DNA of 63,999 nt, the filler included, from Circinaria calcarea (Eukaryota): assembly GCA_051942165.1 (NCBI GenBank). It is 9 parts of 9 records of this genome, joined end to end, with 100 filler letters (N's around TTAATTAATTAA, not from the genome) between each part and the next. Parts side by side here need not be neighbours in the genome. Positions count along the whole stretch, not along the records: positions 1 to 7,052 come from JAVECS010001420.1; positions 7,153 to 14,203 come from JAVECS010001421.1; 7 more parts are not named here. One strand, written 5' to 3'. The notes under the pieces were generated by a model that saw nothing but the letters and a program-made list of their open reading frames with translations, searched no databases and was not told the DNA's origin. This document shows, in pieces, positions 1 to 13,289 of the stretch (the first letter of the stretch is position 1; every line of letters begins with the position of its first letter). Position numbers and translations under genes: made by a program.

Positions 1-67
1 CTGAGGGGGACCGAAGGGGGAGCGGGGAACTAATAATGTTCCCCGCTCCCCCTTCGGTCCCCCTCAG
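1..67. repeat. Perfect 30-bp GC-rich inverted repeat (hairpin) with 7-nt loop
   Basis: 1-30 ctgagggggaccgaagggggagcggggaac is the exact reverse complement of 38-67; loop taataat. Confidence 0.95.
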
Positions 68-409
68 TCCCGCCTACGTTTTATAACAAACGCAAAATTA
101 GGTTTTTTGAAGAATTCCTTTTTCTTTTCACCCATCATACTTTTTTTTTTATCATCGATCAATCAATCGTTGATGTTTTGGTCGTTTGTCGTTTTTTTCG
201 CCGGCCGCTCGTCCTCCAATCTATGACTTATGGTAAGGGTAGGGTACGTGTGAGAACCTAGGTAAGTAGGTATGGTAGGTAGGGGATCTAGAGTGGGGAT
301 CTACCAATAGGTACATGGATGGGATCTAGGTACGTGGGATCTATAGTGGGAGCTATGATATGGGATTTTTCGATACGAGCACGTTGCCCCCTTCATTATC
401 TTCGTGCTC

Positions 410-546
410 TCCCTTTTTCCTCTCCCCTTTTCCCCTTTTCCCGTTGTCACTTTCCCATTTCCCTTTTCCCTTTTCCCTTTTCCCTTTTCCCTTTTCCCTT
501 TTCCCTTTTCCCTTTTCCCTTTTCCGGTTGTCACTTTCCCATTTCC
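410..546. repeat. (CCCTTTT)n polypyrimidine tandem array between 20-bp direct repeats
   Basis: About 9 heptamer units at 461-525; gttgtcactttcccatttcc occurs at 443-462 and 527-546. Confidence 0.9.
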
Positions 547-991
547 ACTGGGGCACCTTGTAAGATTCTCGTACGTACAACTTCTGTCCGAAACTTTTAC
601 TGGGGGTTGGGGAATCAATCTTACATATATCTGATTATAACCCATCGTGATGCTGGATGCTAGATGCTGAATGCTAGATGCTTAACGACAAAGGAATAAA
701 ACAGTTGGGAAGAACGAATGCCCGTCTCTTCGTCCCCTTTTTCCCCTTTGCCATTCCCCCATTACTATTCCCCCATTAATCTTTCCCCTTTCCTACCGAA
801 TAAATGAAAAACCCCCCAACCCAGGCACCGGCTCCCGCTCGCCCGATGCATCAACAAAACGAACAGGGGAATGTTTTGGTACCCCTGGAAACACCCCGCG
901 ACCACCCATGTCCCCCCCATTAATGCTTCATTATACACCTTTCCCCAATCCAGAAAAGCAAAAACAAGGGAGAAATCTGTACAAAGTGCAG

Positions 992-3900
992 CTACATCGC
1001 ACTCCCATACCCGCTCCCGTCGTACCTTTCCCTTTCTCTTTCCCTCTGCCTCTCTCTGTCTCGTCTGTTATGGTTCCTTGCCTCCTCGCCCGCAAGATTC
1101 ATGTGCCTAATCGCTTCCGTCGGCCATCTATCCCTCTCCTCTTCCTCGCTCGCATTAGCAACCCTCAGGCCCCCACCCCTATGTTCACCACCGCTGCCCC
1201 CATCACCACCGTATTCATCGGGATACCCGCCATTCTCTATACTCGGGGCGAAGGAGAACCGCGATGATTGTTGCTGACTAGGGAGACTCCGCAAATCGCT
1301 TTCAGGGCTCAGAGATTCATTGCCGGTAGCAGAGGGGAGGGAGAAGGTGGGTTTGGAGTCATATCGGGGAACTGGCGGGGAGGCATCGTAGTCGAAAGCT
1401 GGGAGTTCGGCCTGAGGGGTCCGGTCATGATCAATATGGTTTTGATAGTTGTTTCGCTGGTAGCTGGATGAAAAGTCTGTGGAAGATTGCGTCGCGGATA
1501 TGGTATGTTCAGGCTGATCCGTGGGATTGGAATAGGTATATGGGAACGGTGGAGTGGTATTATTGCTGCGTTGTCCGCGATCTTCGGCGAGAGGTAGAGG
1601 CGGTGACTCCATAATCGAGCTCTCGTAATTGGCAGGCATTTCTGAAATACCAGTAGGCAGGGAATTGTAATTTTGTCCGTTTTCTGTAGGTGATCTCTCG
1701 GGCTGCCGGATTGTATTATTCTCTACCATTGTCTGACTGGTCCTTCTTGTGCTGGGCATATGACTCATACGGTTTTCGGGCACTTCGGTGATCTGACTAT
1801 CTGTGCCGTCAGGATCTCGAATACTGAATTGAGCAATGGTCCTCATCTTGCGAGTAACCCAGCTTGCTAAGATTTTACCCCGTTGTTTCTCCCCTAAACG
1901 TGATCGGGGAAAATCGCCTTTGGCAACGAAGGCGACGATATCAGCAACGAGCTGATGTTCGCTCAAGATTACATTGACGATGACGGGTACGATAGATGCA
2001 ATGTAAGCTTTGCGTACGACCTCAACAAGGACAACAACGAGACCGCCAGCTTGGAAAACCGCACTAAGTACCGAGTTAGTTAGCCTAATGGTAGGAGTCA
2101 AGGTCACTCACCATCCGCTAGGGACAATGTTTCGATGACACCTTTCCACCGAATACTCAATGTCCACTGGAAAGTGACTGAGGCCATTGACTTCAAAGGT
2201 CTCACCTATACCACCAAGGACGAACAAGACTTGCATCTCTACTTGCTGTCCGTTAGGCCCAATGGGTCGAGTAACGTTGTGTAAGAAGCCTAAATCACCC
2301 GTCCTGACATATGTTACATGAGGATCTCCATCGACGGTGCGCCCGTTGAAGCGCTCAGCATCGAAAGCATCTTTACTTCCATAAAATGAGTTTACACACG
2401 CTTCTGACCGCACCCAAATTTCACCGTACTCGCCGATACGACACAGCAGACATGTTTCAGGGTTGACTATGGCGATTTGGGTGCTGACAGGCACCATGCC
2501 GGAGTCTTGAACCAGAAGAGCCGAGGGATCAGAGTCTGGATCGACTGAATAGACTAGTCCACGTCGTAGAGCACGGGTATCAAGCCACAACTCGATTGGC
2601 TCAACGCACATATACGAACGGGAGGCGATCATGGGGTTAAGGACGTGGGAATATATAGTATTAATAGCAGTACGATCGAGACCCGTACTAGCAAAATGAA
2701 GACGAACTTTTTGAACTAGTAACTGTCAATTCAGTATAAACGCATAGTCACTGCTGGTCACTCACAAACATCTACCCTTGGCCTGCCTTCGGTAGAAACC
2801 ATCATATTCTTAAGCTCGTGAAGCGTAAAGCCTTTGCCTGGCATCATATTCATCGCATGATCTAGCATTTGGCACGTTGCATATGTGTCTTTGATCTTAT
2901 ACCTCGATAGGGTAAGGAAAAGGGATTGAGGATTCGCGGCGAAATCGACAGGTGAAACGAGATACGTAGGAGCACCTGTTGGTTAGCGTTCTGAAAGTTC
3001 TCAGAGGTTGGACTCTCTTCTTACCAACGAATATACCCATCAAGCAAGTATGTATAAATCCAAGACCGGTTGTACTTCGAACACACCCAAGAACGGGCCT
3101 AGAACTCGTCATCTGACACGTCTCTTTTTGCACCTTACAAGTACCCATAATAGTGTCATGTCCAAGCTGGACAGCCACCCGCCGCTGATCAGGTGTCCAG
3201 TATGTCCAGATCAAGACCGGATATCCTGGTTGAACCCATGCAGGCTTCATCGTGAGGCCGAGATCTCGACAGCCACTAGACTGCTTTGAAGACTTTGTAG
3301 TGTTGTATGTTGGTGGAATAAGTACATTGAGCACCTGTGCAGACTGCTTCAAGTGCTGTGATACAATCTTTTGCTTCATTAGATGGTCGACATCCACGTT
3401 TACTAGTACTGCCTTGACGCGGAAATCGGCTATCAGGTGGAGAAAAGCTGGTGCATCCTCGTTGAGACGATTCTGATCTAACGGAGCCATGGGAATCGCT
3501 ATAGCACCAAGGCAGAAACAGGCATGTACAGCGTATACAAAGTCTTCTGAATGGGTATACATAAGGATGAGATGATCTCCCGCTCTTATCTTGGCCTTGT
3601 TTTGCAAGTACATAGCAACAGCGGCGACCCTGGTATCGAATTTCTTCCAAGTGACGCCTTTGCCCTCCTTGCCCCGTCCATCTATCGTGCAATACGAAAG
3701 CTCCTCGGCTTGCCGAGCAACTCGCCATTGAAGAAGATCCACAATGCTTGAAAAGTTATTTAGAGGAGTTGAGGTTCGATCATCAATCACTACCTCTCTG
3801 TAATCCACTCCTGAGTACTGCTTATCCTGCATCACGAGTATGTCTTGCCTAGCCGCTGTTGAGACAGGTGACCAGATCCCACCAACAGGATCCACGCCGA

Positions 3901-6900
3901 CAGGCAGATTGAGTACGGCTCGTTCGACGCCAAACTTGACATGGACACAAGGCAGGGAACCTTGATCGAACTCTCTTCGACATAGCATATTCCCTATTTC
4001 GCGTCTACCGTTCTTGGTCACCCTGGGTAGAGTTTGCGGTGCAGTAATCATTACACAATAAACCCTGACATGGTGTTCCTGATAAAGCACCTCCATACAT
4101 CGCTCAGACAGAGAGTCGAGCAGTGCAATGTCAAGTTGTCGGGGAGGGCCTCCATTCGTCGTGGGCGCCGTCGATGCAGCAGTCGATTCGATAAGGATGA
4201 TAGGTAGATGCTCATCGTTGACGAATACATCAAAGGCTGAAGCGTCGTAGATTTTGGGTACGTTCTTCATGATACTTATTATCAAATGCTGAACGAAGAA
4301 GTACCGATATTCGGCCACCTCCATGCCATGCTCTACCCATTCAACCCTTTGCCGAAGTCGATCTTCGTAAAGGCCCAAGACGAAGATTTTACCTTCGATC
4401 ACGCAGCCAAGTAAGCCGGTCCTCAAGAACTCCGGCTCCACTGCCACCGGTGTGGGATTCCCTTCCACAAATTTATAGGGTCGTGCGTGGAAGATTGATT
4501 CCGTGTGCTTTGGCAGTGCCCAGAAACCACCTGACAAGGACGGAGAGTCGACCCAAATCTCCCCAATCACGTACGGTGTGCAGAGTAGACTTGTCTCAGG
4601 ATCGACAACAGCCAGAGTTGCATCCGGTATAGGATATCCAAAAGCGCCAGCTCGTACTGTTCCCGGTTCATTGCCAGCCCTCTTCCTTGCTCCTTCACCG
4701 GTGGCTACTACGACGACTTCGTTGGTTTTCAATGACTCTTTGTCCAAGAGTACCTCACTCAACTCTGTTCTCGATTTCTTATTTGTCGGTTGGGATGCAC
4801 TACCACCGATTAAGCTGTTGTAGCCGTTTTGTGCAGTGGGAGGTTTCTCGTCCTTTTTGGACTCGGGCTCTGCATCCTCGTCGGGAGTGTCTGTCTTTAG
4901 AGGGCAACCCATTCGCTCTTCTCCACCCAGCCAATCCCGCATACTGATGACCATCCCTCCATGCTCAGGAAGACAGAGCATTGGGGCTACGAGCTCACTC
5001 GCTCTAGTATTTCGCATAGGCCTGAGCCACCTATCTGCCAGGATTTCGTGGAACTCCGAGTCTACTGTAAGAGTATCGATCATGCACAGTTTTACAGTCG
5101 AAAAGTTGGGTTCAAAGTTCTTCTTGAAATTTCGCGTCGTCATTGGGTCCGACTGATAGTTATACGCTGCGCGTTTCAGTCCAGGATAATCTGCCGCCAT
5201 CAACGTTGTTTTATATTTTGTAATCAGGTTCGCGTAAAGGCCTGGGGTTTCAACTGCCCGAGACTCCATCCAGACAGTCGTATGCCCCCCATACACTGTT
5301 AATAACACACCAAGTATCATGCCAATACTCTGGCGGGGATCAAGATAGCTTAGTAGTATTTCCCCTGCCCCATTCCCCGCAACCAGTTTTCCTTGTCTGT
5401 CTCGTAAGCCTGAGTTGAACGTATCCTGATCGGTCGTCGGTACGGTCGCAATAATAGCACTGAGACAGGCCATCTGATGCATAATCGTTCGATGGCTCAT
5501 TACAACGCCACGGATATCGCCCGTGGGTGCCCTCGAAAACTCGATATAGGCAAGATCTGGAACCACCAACGGGGGGATTTCATCCTTTTTTTTAGGGTGG
5601 AAACTACCGAATTCGTTTGTTTTCCACCACTCGACTCCTCGGGGCCAACTAAGTTTATTTTGAGTAATATCTCGTTGAAAATTCTTCAGATTGGCATCCG
5701 TAGTCAGTGCAAGGTGAGCTTGGGTAGTTGTGAGTACCACATTCAGCCGGTTGTAGACCTCTCTCCAGTTTTCCGTGTCCTCTAGATGGTTAATAGGGAC
5801 GGCGACTACGCCAGCAATGAAGCAACCCAACAGTGCGACAGCAAAGTCAATGACCTCGGTATCGCGATATATCAAGGCCACTCGATCTCCACGATATAGA
5901 TTACTCTTGTCCCTTATAACTTGCGCTACTTTTTCGGCCCTGCTGGCGAATTTGTCCCATGTGATGGACGAGAATTCTTTGCCTTTCTGGTCGAGGACCC
6001 AGTAAGCTGGCTGTTTCGGGTTTGTGCGAGCTCGATGTCGTAAAACAGTTGCAATGTTGTCAAATTTCACCATGGGAATGTTGCTATTGTGAGGGTCATA
6101 AACTGCAAAAGGGACATCTCGCGGCTCTAGCGGGAGTTGATGGTTGACAGTGCCGGGCGAAGGTAGGTCACTGTTATTCAGCATTGGTGGAGCCATAGCG
6201 GCAGTTGGCGAAAATGCATCACTTGTAGAATATCTTTGGGGCCCTCCTCCATAACTGTCCCGATGCTCCTCTTGTTGCTGCCCTGCGAAGTCGGAGAAGT
6301 AAGCCTGATCGAGCATTGTCGAGTTCCTGGTCTGGCTCTCGCCAGGGGTTCCGTACCCACTCGCTTGGGCGTCATTGTAGCCCATTTCGTTAGCTGGATT
6401 GAAGGCGTAATTTGCACTCATCATCGTGGGTTCCCTTGAATCGTCAAAGCTTGTTGAATATCCCAATGGAGGATCTTGTTGTGCCGGATAACTGGAATCT
6501 AGGCCATATGATGATTGCCTGTGTTGTGAGGGTCTAAGCCCAGAGTCTTGTTCCTGGAACCTACCGACTTGGTTCTGTAGTGATGCTGTCGTTTGACGAC
6601 CCTGACCATTGTATCCATTCGTACTCGTCTCAGGTCCACCCATGTTGGAGCCATGGCGCATCTCGTAAGAGGCAGGCCGTTGCGCATACCGAGTGGATAT
6701 GGGAGAGATTTCTGGTTGTGGGCCATGCGCGACCAGAGAGGCGGATCTTGACCCATCTTGTGACGGATGTACGGTATCGTCTGGAGAATGAACGCGCAGC
6801 CCTCGTTGTGCGTGCTCGACTTGCTGAGGGCCAAGGTACTGGGAAAGGATGAGGGTCCGTCGCTTTTGGTATCCCTTGGTGGTGATTTCTCCTTCTTCAA

Positions 6901-6955
6901 GCTCTTGTTCTAGCTCCTGGAGCTTGTTCCGAAGCTCGGGGTTCTCCTCTGCCAT
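992..6955 (-). CDS. DIP2: DIP2/CPS1-family protein (DMAP1-binding N-terminus plus two acyl-CoA-ligase/FAAL-like domains); introns 3024-2976, 2765-2716, 2111-2064
   Basis: N-terminal LEEGEITTKGYQKRR motif, LAYIEFSRAPTGDIRGV, FLRTGLLG and YVRTGDLGF; three GT-AG introns join the ORFs in frame. Confidence 0.93.
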
Positions 6956-7052
6956 TGTTTCAATGTTCGCTGATCTCAAACACTGCCCTTAGCATATCCC
7001 AAGTCAGGTAAGACCACCCTTGTCCGTATTGCCGGCCGTCAAGTCGTACAGA

Positions 7053-7152
7053 NNNNNNNNNNNNNNNNNNNNNNNNNNNNNNNNNNNNNNNNNNNNTTAA
7101 TTAATTAANNNNNNNNNNNNNNNNNNNNNNNNNNNNNNNNNNNNNNNNNNNN
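7053..7152. other. Artificial contig linker N44-TTAATTAATTAA-N44
   Basis: Six-frame-stop spacer; identical copies recur about every 7.14 kb. Confidence 0.98.
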
Positions 7153-7709
7153 GAGGGAAGGAGGGGTTTTATTAGGTAGACGGAGGGGAAGGGAAAAAGA
7201 AAGGAAGGAGAGAAAGGGGAGAAGTGAGGAAGGAAGGGGGGGATGTGGAAACGAGAGGGAAAAAAAGGGGATTTTTCTTTTTGCAATTGGAGGTTCACGA
7301 GGTACCTTGGACACTTAGTGATAGAGTATTCTATTCAAGGTATGTTTTCGCTACCTAGCTTGGGAAGAGATTTCAAAGGCCTAAACAGATAAACTCCCCT
7401 GGACATAATCTCCAAAGCATCAAAATCCCAGTCCAAATCCCAAAACCCATCACCCTTGTTTCTAACCTCAAATGCCAATGTTTCTGCCAGTCCTAATGCT
7501 AATGCCAAATTTCAATGCTCTCAGAATGCCCCTCCGTGCTATAACACCTATGCGCGCTTTCGTTGAATACATCATCCGCCGTGATTCCAGATAGTCCACC
7601 CCAATATAGTCCTATCGGAAACCCCTCGTCCTAGCGCCCTTTGGCTATAATTCCATGATTCGTAAACACCAGCATGAACCTCCTACGCCCCTAGATACCA
7701 CCGACCTGC

Positions 7710-9567
7710 TCATACGAAAGGTGCCACAGTAATAGCATGAGCAGGAGGTATGGTCGTCTCATCTCGGCAACCGTAGATGAGGCCAGGGGTAAGGCACGTC
7801 GTGGTCGCTGGATGGGAAGTTTGGACGGGGAGGGTGGTAGGAGTGACGACAGCAGCCGAAGTGCTAGTCTCCGACGAGGTCGTCGAAGTCGTTTTCGTGG
7901 TATCAATAGGGTCGAGGCAATTTCCAAACCACGAGTATTTCCTGCACGTAGCTGTGGTGGTCACGCTGGTCGATGTAGATGACGAAGACGAAGGGACAGT
8001 CGTGGACTCGTCGAGACAACCCCACCAGCCTGGTGTCTTGCACGTTGATGTTCTCGTAGAATATGTGGTAGATGTGCTCAACCTAGAGGTTGTGGGTGCG
8101 GACCCGTTGCTTTCAAAGTACTTCCAGTTGAAGCAATCAAAACATTCCGAATCTGTCGCCGGAGCTGGTACGCTAGGGTAGGCTCTGATAATATTCGCTA
8201 TGACTCCCCGAATTTTATGGTTTGTTAAGGAAACTCTCCACTGTAGGTCCTTGACTGTATCGTAGGTTATAAGTTGGCCAGTATGGCATTGTGATTGGAA
8301 TGCATATCCGCCCAATGTACAGCCAGCCGTAGCACTGTTGCAGAGGTTCATGAATACAGGATCGGCCGTATGCCCTACATGATAGATTCCAGTATCTTTC
8401 CTCCTCTGCTGTGCACTTGGGTGGTAATCGGGGGGAGTGGGCAGTCCAAGTCTAGATGCCGGGAGGGCATCCGGAACTGATTGGAAAGTAACAGTGGGAA
8501 GTCCGAACGTAAGGCCAAGTAAAGCGCTTGTAGACCCTCCTAAGGAATGCCCTGCAAGCCATACGTTCGACGTGGGGTATAGTTCAGTAACATTTCCGTA
8601 GAGTTCGATGGCTGCTTGGTAATATCGATTCTCCTGTTTTAATGCCTTCACAACACATGTCTTGTTGCAAGTGAAAGCCGAAGTCATACAATCGCAGACT
8701 TGACGCCATAGGTAATGACCGCCTTGGCCGCAGCAGCAGCTGAAGAACAGGTTGTCATTTTCTTTGTCATTGGTCGTTGTCCCTGCTCCATCGAAGACTG
8801 CCACTGGAAAACTTAGTAGGATAACAACACTAATGTGTTTGCTGACCGAAAAACCTACCTGACGTCCCTTTGATCGCGATAACAATCGTAGAGTTGTTCT
8901 CGTCGGCAAAAATATGGCCCCGTAGGCCATTTTCTGCCCACCCGAAGCTATCGCTGTAGTTGAAGCCATGCTTGACATCCTCCCACTCCCCCTCACCGGC
9001 CACTGGTTCATAAGCGTTCGCCGACATGAGTGCAAGACTAATTATTGTCTCTCTATCCGTGACATTGGGACTAGACACCTCTTCTGTAGTCCATGCGGAG
9101 ACGGGCAATGCTGGAGGCCGTCCTTCAAGTCGAGCAGCACTGAGGAGAGGTAAGACGGTGTCTACTTTCCGGTCGGAGAGTCGTTGTATATTCGTAGCGC
9201 CCGAACGCGCGCGGAGCCCACTCGTTCGTTGCTCGTCGTCTCCATCCTCGGTTTTTAGACGAGCCTGCTCTGCCTTTACATCTAGACGCCGATGGAGTTT
9301 AGGGTAGACATATGTTCCGTGGTGGAATATATGTCTGAGGCTGAATACATGTTCGCCTGGTGCCGTGTTCGGAGGGTCGGGCCTCACAGGCGGATCGAAA
9401 GGTATATAGGGTAGGAGTGGGGACTGTTCTCTTGCTTCAAATAAGCTATGGCCCCGGGAGGCCGCCACCGGTGTTGTTGTTGATACGGCTAAAAACGATA
9501 CTAACAGCCGCGCAGTGACTTTCGTAAGAGAACGGCATTTGCTGGTCCAGGGACTCTGAGTCTCCAT
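7710..9567 (-). CDS. ATG15: Vacuolar autophagy lipase Atg15; intron 8858-8804
   Basis: [32 protein letters not shown], lipase motif [15 protein letters not shown], Ser/Thr-rich tail with CKTPGWWGC. Confidence 0.95.
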
Positions 9568-10038
9568 GGTATCATAGACACAGGGCTGAATATGAGGAGT
9601 TTGGATTTGGGAATAGCTGTTGTTGAACGGAGGCGACCTTTATTCCTACTGTCTACCTCTACCTACTAATTTGCCCGACACGCCGAGCTTGTGATGATGC
9701 GGCTCGGCAAAGCTTCCCCCTTAGGCCCAGGCGCAGGCAGCTTTAGATATGTAAAGCACATGCACAATCAAATCGTCAGCCCATACAACCTGCTGATCCA
9801 TCTAGTATCCTTTTCCTTTGTCAAGGCGTTGTCATCTAGATTCAGTAGTCCTATCCTGGTCTTGTTGTCGATTGATGACTATATACACGCTCGTTACTTG
9901 TATCACCTGACCACTTACCAAGAAATCAAAGGCCTGGTAAGTCAATGGCCAAAAGGAAGCCGAAGCTTGGTATGGTATCTTCTAAATCAGAGACTGATGA
10001 TGTTTTTAGGTGTCTTCAAACTTATTTGCTTCTTGGCC

Positions 10039-12390
10039 ATGAACACCTCTCCACAGGTTCAAGGCAGCCGTCCATCGCCTCTCCACTCCTCCAAATCCTT
10101 CTCACGTTTCGAGCCTCCACGAAGTAATCCGAGGTCGAGAAACAGAGCTACCACTCTACAGACAAGCCTAATTCCCGAAGCTCAGAGTCCGGAGAAGAAA
10201 GGCCACAGATCCACGGACGATGCAATGGTGGCCTCGCAAACAGATGTATTCGAGAAGCAAAGCTTCGATGAGGATCCAGGATCATCGAGGGCTGCCGGCA
10301 GCGCTTTGGATGCTTCGATTGGCTCCCTTCCGGAGAACTTTGACGAACTTCCAATTGAGCTAATAAGCCTGTCGGATCGGTAAGTCTACCCAAAGACCAG
10401 ATGGTCCTTGTGGCTCGGCTAAGATACTTTTCATTCAAGGTTCATCGCGTCTTTGACAACAGCCAAAGTCTACTCAACTCCGCCTTCCATCGAGAGACTC
10501 TCCGAACTGTTTCAAGACTTCTACTCCCAGGCGGAATCACAAATATCTATACATATCCAGACTTTGTTAAGCCGGCAATATCGCGAAGCTTCCCCAGCCC
10601 GATCCGTCTCCTCGAAAGCATCTGGAAACACTAGGGGAAGTGCCAAACTAAAGTCCAAAGCCTCAAAGGATACCATCGATATATCTGAACGGGTTGCTCC
10701 CGAGCAGCAGATGTTGACGCCTTCTGAGATTTCCGAACGCAGAAGGGCGCGCAAGCTGCTGGACCACAAACGAATTGCTCTAGAAGAGGCTGTTGAGAGA
10801 AGGGTATGTGAAGGGGTTTACGACCGAATCTGGCGTCACAGAGGCACTTTGGATGAGGTAAGAGACGAGAAACTTCGATCTAGGGCCGCCGCCCTGGCCT
10901 TGGTTGGGATCGGGCTAAAAGATTTGGGGATCGATTTCGATGCTTCGAATACGTTGGGAACTCCTCATGCGGAACTTGAGTTAGCAATACGAGAGTGGAT
11001 ATCGAAAGCCAAGGACGGACTTTTAAAGATGAACGAGTCAAGGAACCCGTTGGGGAAATTACAACATCTCGCATCTACCCACCAAAACATTGTGGATTTA
11101 TTGACGCAGCTACATCAGTCATCATCATCCGCTGATGAGATTTTACCGACTCTTATCTATACTTTAATCTCATCCTCTTCGAATGAATATACCAATGTCA
11201 TAAGCAATCTACATTTTATTCAGAGATTCCGATCTGCAAGCAAGATCAACGGTGAAGCGGCCTATTGTCTAACAAATCTTGAAGCAGCCATCACCTTTCT
11301 CGAGACAGTCGATCTCGCTAGCCTCAGGTCAGATGAGCCCCTTGAAGGACCACCAAAAAACACCAGCCATCCGTCAACACCGCGAGGAGATGCGAAAAAC
11401 CCTTGGCCTTTGATGTCACCATCATCAGCTACTTCATCATCTCCTGTGACAACTCCAGTCACGGCTGTTCCACCCCCGCCAGGCTCGATGCAAATGTCGC
11501 ACCCTCATTGGTCGCCATTGCTTGCCAAGTCATCACCACCAGCCTCCCCATCAAATCAACGCCGTCTTAGCACCCTCTTCCAGCCACCTTCAACTGCTTT
11601 TGGCGCTGCCAGTGACGCAGTACGCACAACGGCGGATCAAGGTTTCAAGAACATTGGTAGTACACTCGATAATAGCTTCAAATTTCTCTTTGGACGCTTG
11701 AAGGAGCAGCGTGTTCCAGGTGATAGTGGCCGTACCCATGAAACAATCATTGTACCTAAAACCCTTGACGACGCTCGAAAGCTGGTTTCACCACGGCCCG
11801 CAATTGATGAAGACGGAAACATCTCCGAAGCGAGTTCTTTCACAGAGCAGCCTGATGATGGCAGAGAGAACAACAGTCCTAAGTTAGATGACCGCCTCTT
11901 GGATCTTATTGGTGGACGAAAACCGACCAGGGATCGCAGTGTCGACAGTATGCTGAGCACAGGCAGCAGCAACAAACGTGTGGCATTTTCTTCCGAGTCT
12001 AACGCTACAAAGGACAAGGGCGTCCCGCCGGTGTCTCAGCCGATTTCTTCTGTATCTACGCCTCCAGTGCCTGTACCGGCACCTAATGCAGCAGTCGAAT
12101 CGATGCGTAATCTGGGTAACTCTCTCAACCCTCTCAACAGGCTGACCGGAATGAATGTGATGCGGGGTTTTAGTAGGAACACAGCTGCTACACCACCACC
12201 AGCTGTACTAGTGCCTGCCGAGCAAACTAAAGATATATCACCATACGAGGGATCCAATCTGAGAGACCCTCCAATGCAGCGGTTTTTGGACATAGAGGAT
12301 GCTGGACAGTTAAAGTTAAATGAGATTGCTGACTTGTTGAAAGACTATAAACGGCTATCAGCAGCTTTGAAGGCAACAGGACTGTATTGA
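10039..12390 (+). CDS. VPS9-domain Rab5-family GEF (Muk1-like); intron 10380-10439
   Basis: SADEILPTLIY...SNLHFIQRFR...GEAAYCLTNLEAAITFLE is the VPS9 core; C-terminal LLKDYKRL motif. Confidence 0.88.
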
Positions 12391-13289
12391 TACTGGGTAG
12401 GTCTTCGGGAGTTTACATGTCTTGAGGATGACTTGGAGATCTCTCTCCTGGTGTATGGGTCGTTTGTAATATATACCCAAAAGGATGATGTATCAAGTGG
12501 ACTAAGTTGGGTTAGACTTGTGTCATTCACTTATGTCTGTCTAGACTATTTTTTATGCGGCCATGTGCTTGGTGATGAACTTACACTGAGAATCTTGTGA
12601 ACCCTTGTTTGTCTATGAGGAGGAAAATGGCACTTGCAATATGTCATTTGATAGTGATTCGCCTCAATCTTTCCTATCCCTTCGGGCTTGTCAACCTTCA
12701 AAGGCACTTCGAACGAATCAAAGATTTAGCTCTCTCTGCTTCCTGAAGTGTTCTGTACTGCATTTTTGCTTCTACCCATAGGCATAAAAAAGTGATCAAT
12801 TTCATTGTAAACGGTTGAAGGGAGGATGATGTACTGCCAAAGACCCAAACAGAACTGCGAGATTTACAATGAGTGATACGCTACTTTCCAAAAGTATACT
12901 CCTTTGGATCATAGGAAGATGTGGAGAGCTTACTGCTTCTCGTATAGGAATGGAGAATGTCCAAGGGCAAAACTTTACCGTCACTTCAATGGACTCACTT
13001 TTACATCACAGAATTCGGGCAGCTTCATACACTACGCTGACTCACTCCCTGGTATGAAGGGTAGATAAGAGTATAATTCGCTAGCTGAGCTTCTTTTAAA
13101 CTGCTTTTTAACTTCAAGACAACTATACAGCTGGAGCGTCAACGTGCCACCAACATATCACAACATCTTAAACGAAGCTCGCTTCTTAACCACCCTCCCC
13201 CTCAACTGGGCTAATTCAGAGGATAATTGTGTGTGATTCCCCTTTGGAGAACCCGAGCAAAGCTGAGAAATGCTGGCATCAGCGTTAAG

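Noticed and set aside
461..525. Possible telomere repeat
   Set aside because: The unit is AAAAGGG, not TTAGGG-like, and the array is internal.
301..663. Several ORFs with KGKREKG / FPFSLFP repeats
   Set aside because: These are translations of the (CCCTTTT)n array, which has no stops in most frames.
7097..7108. Regularly spaced TTAATTAATTAA as a biological repeat or CRISPR-like array
   Set aside because: Always embedded in N44 runs; it is an assembly spacer.
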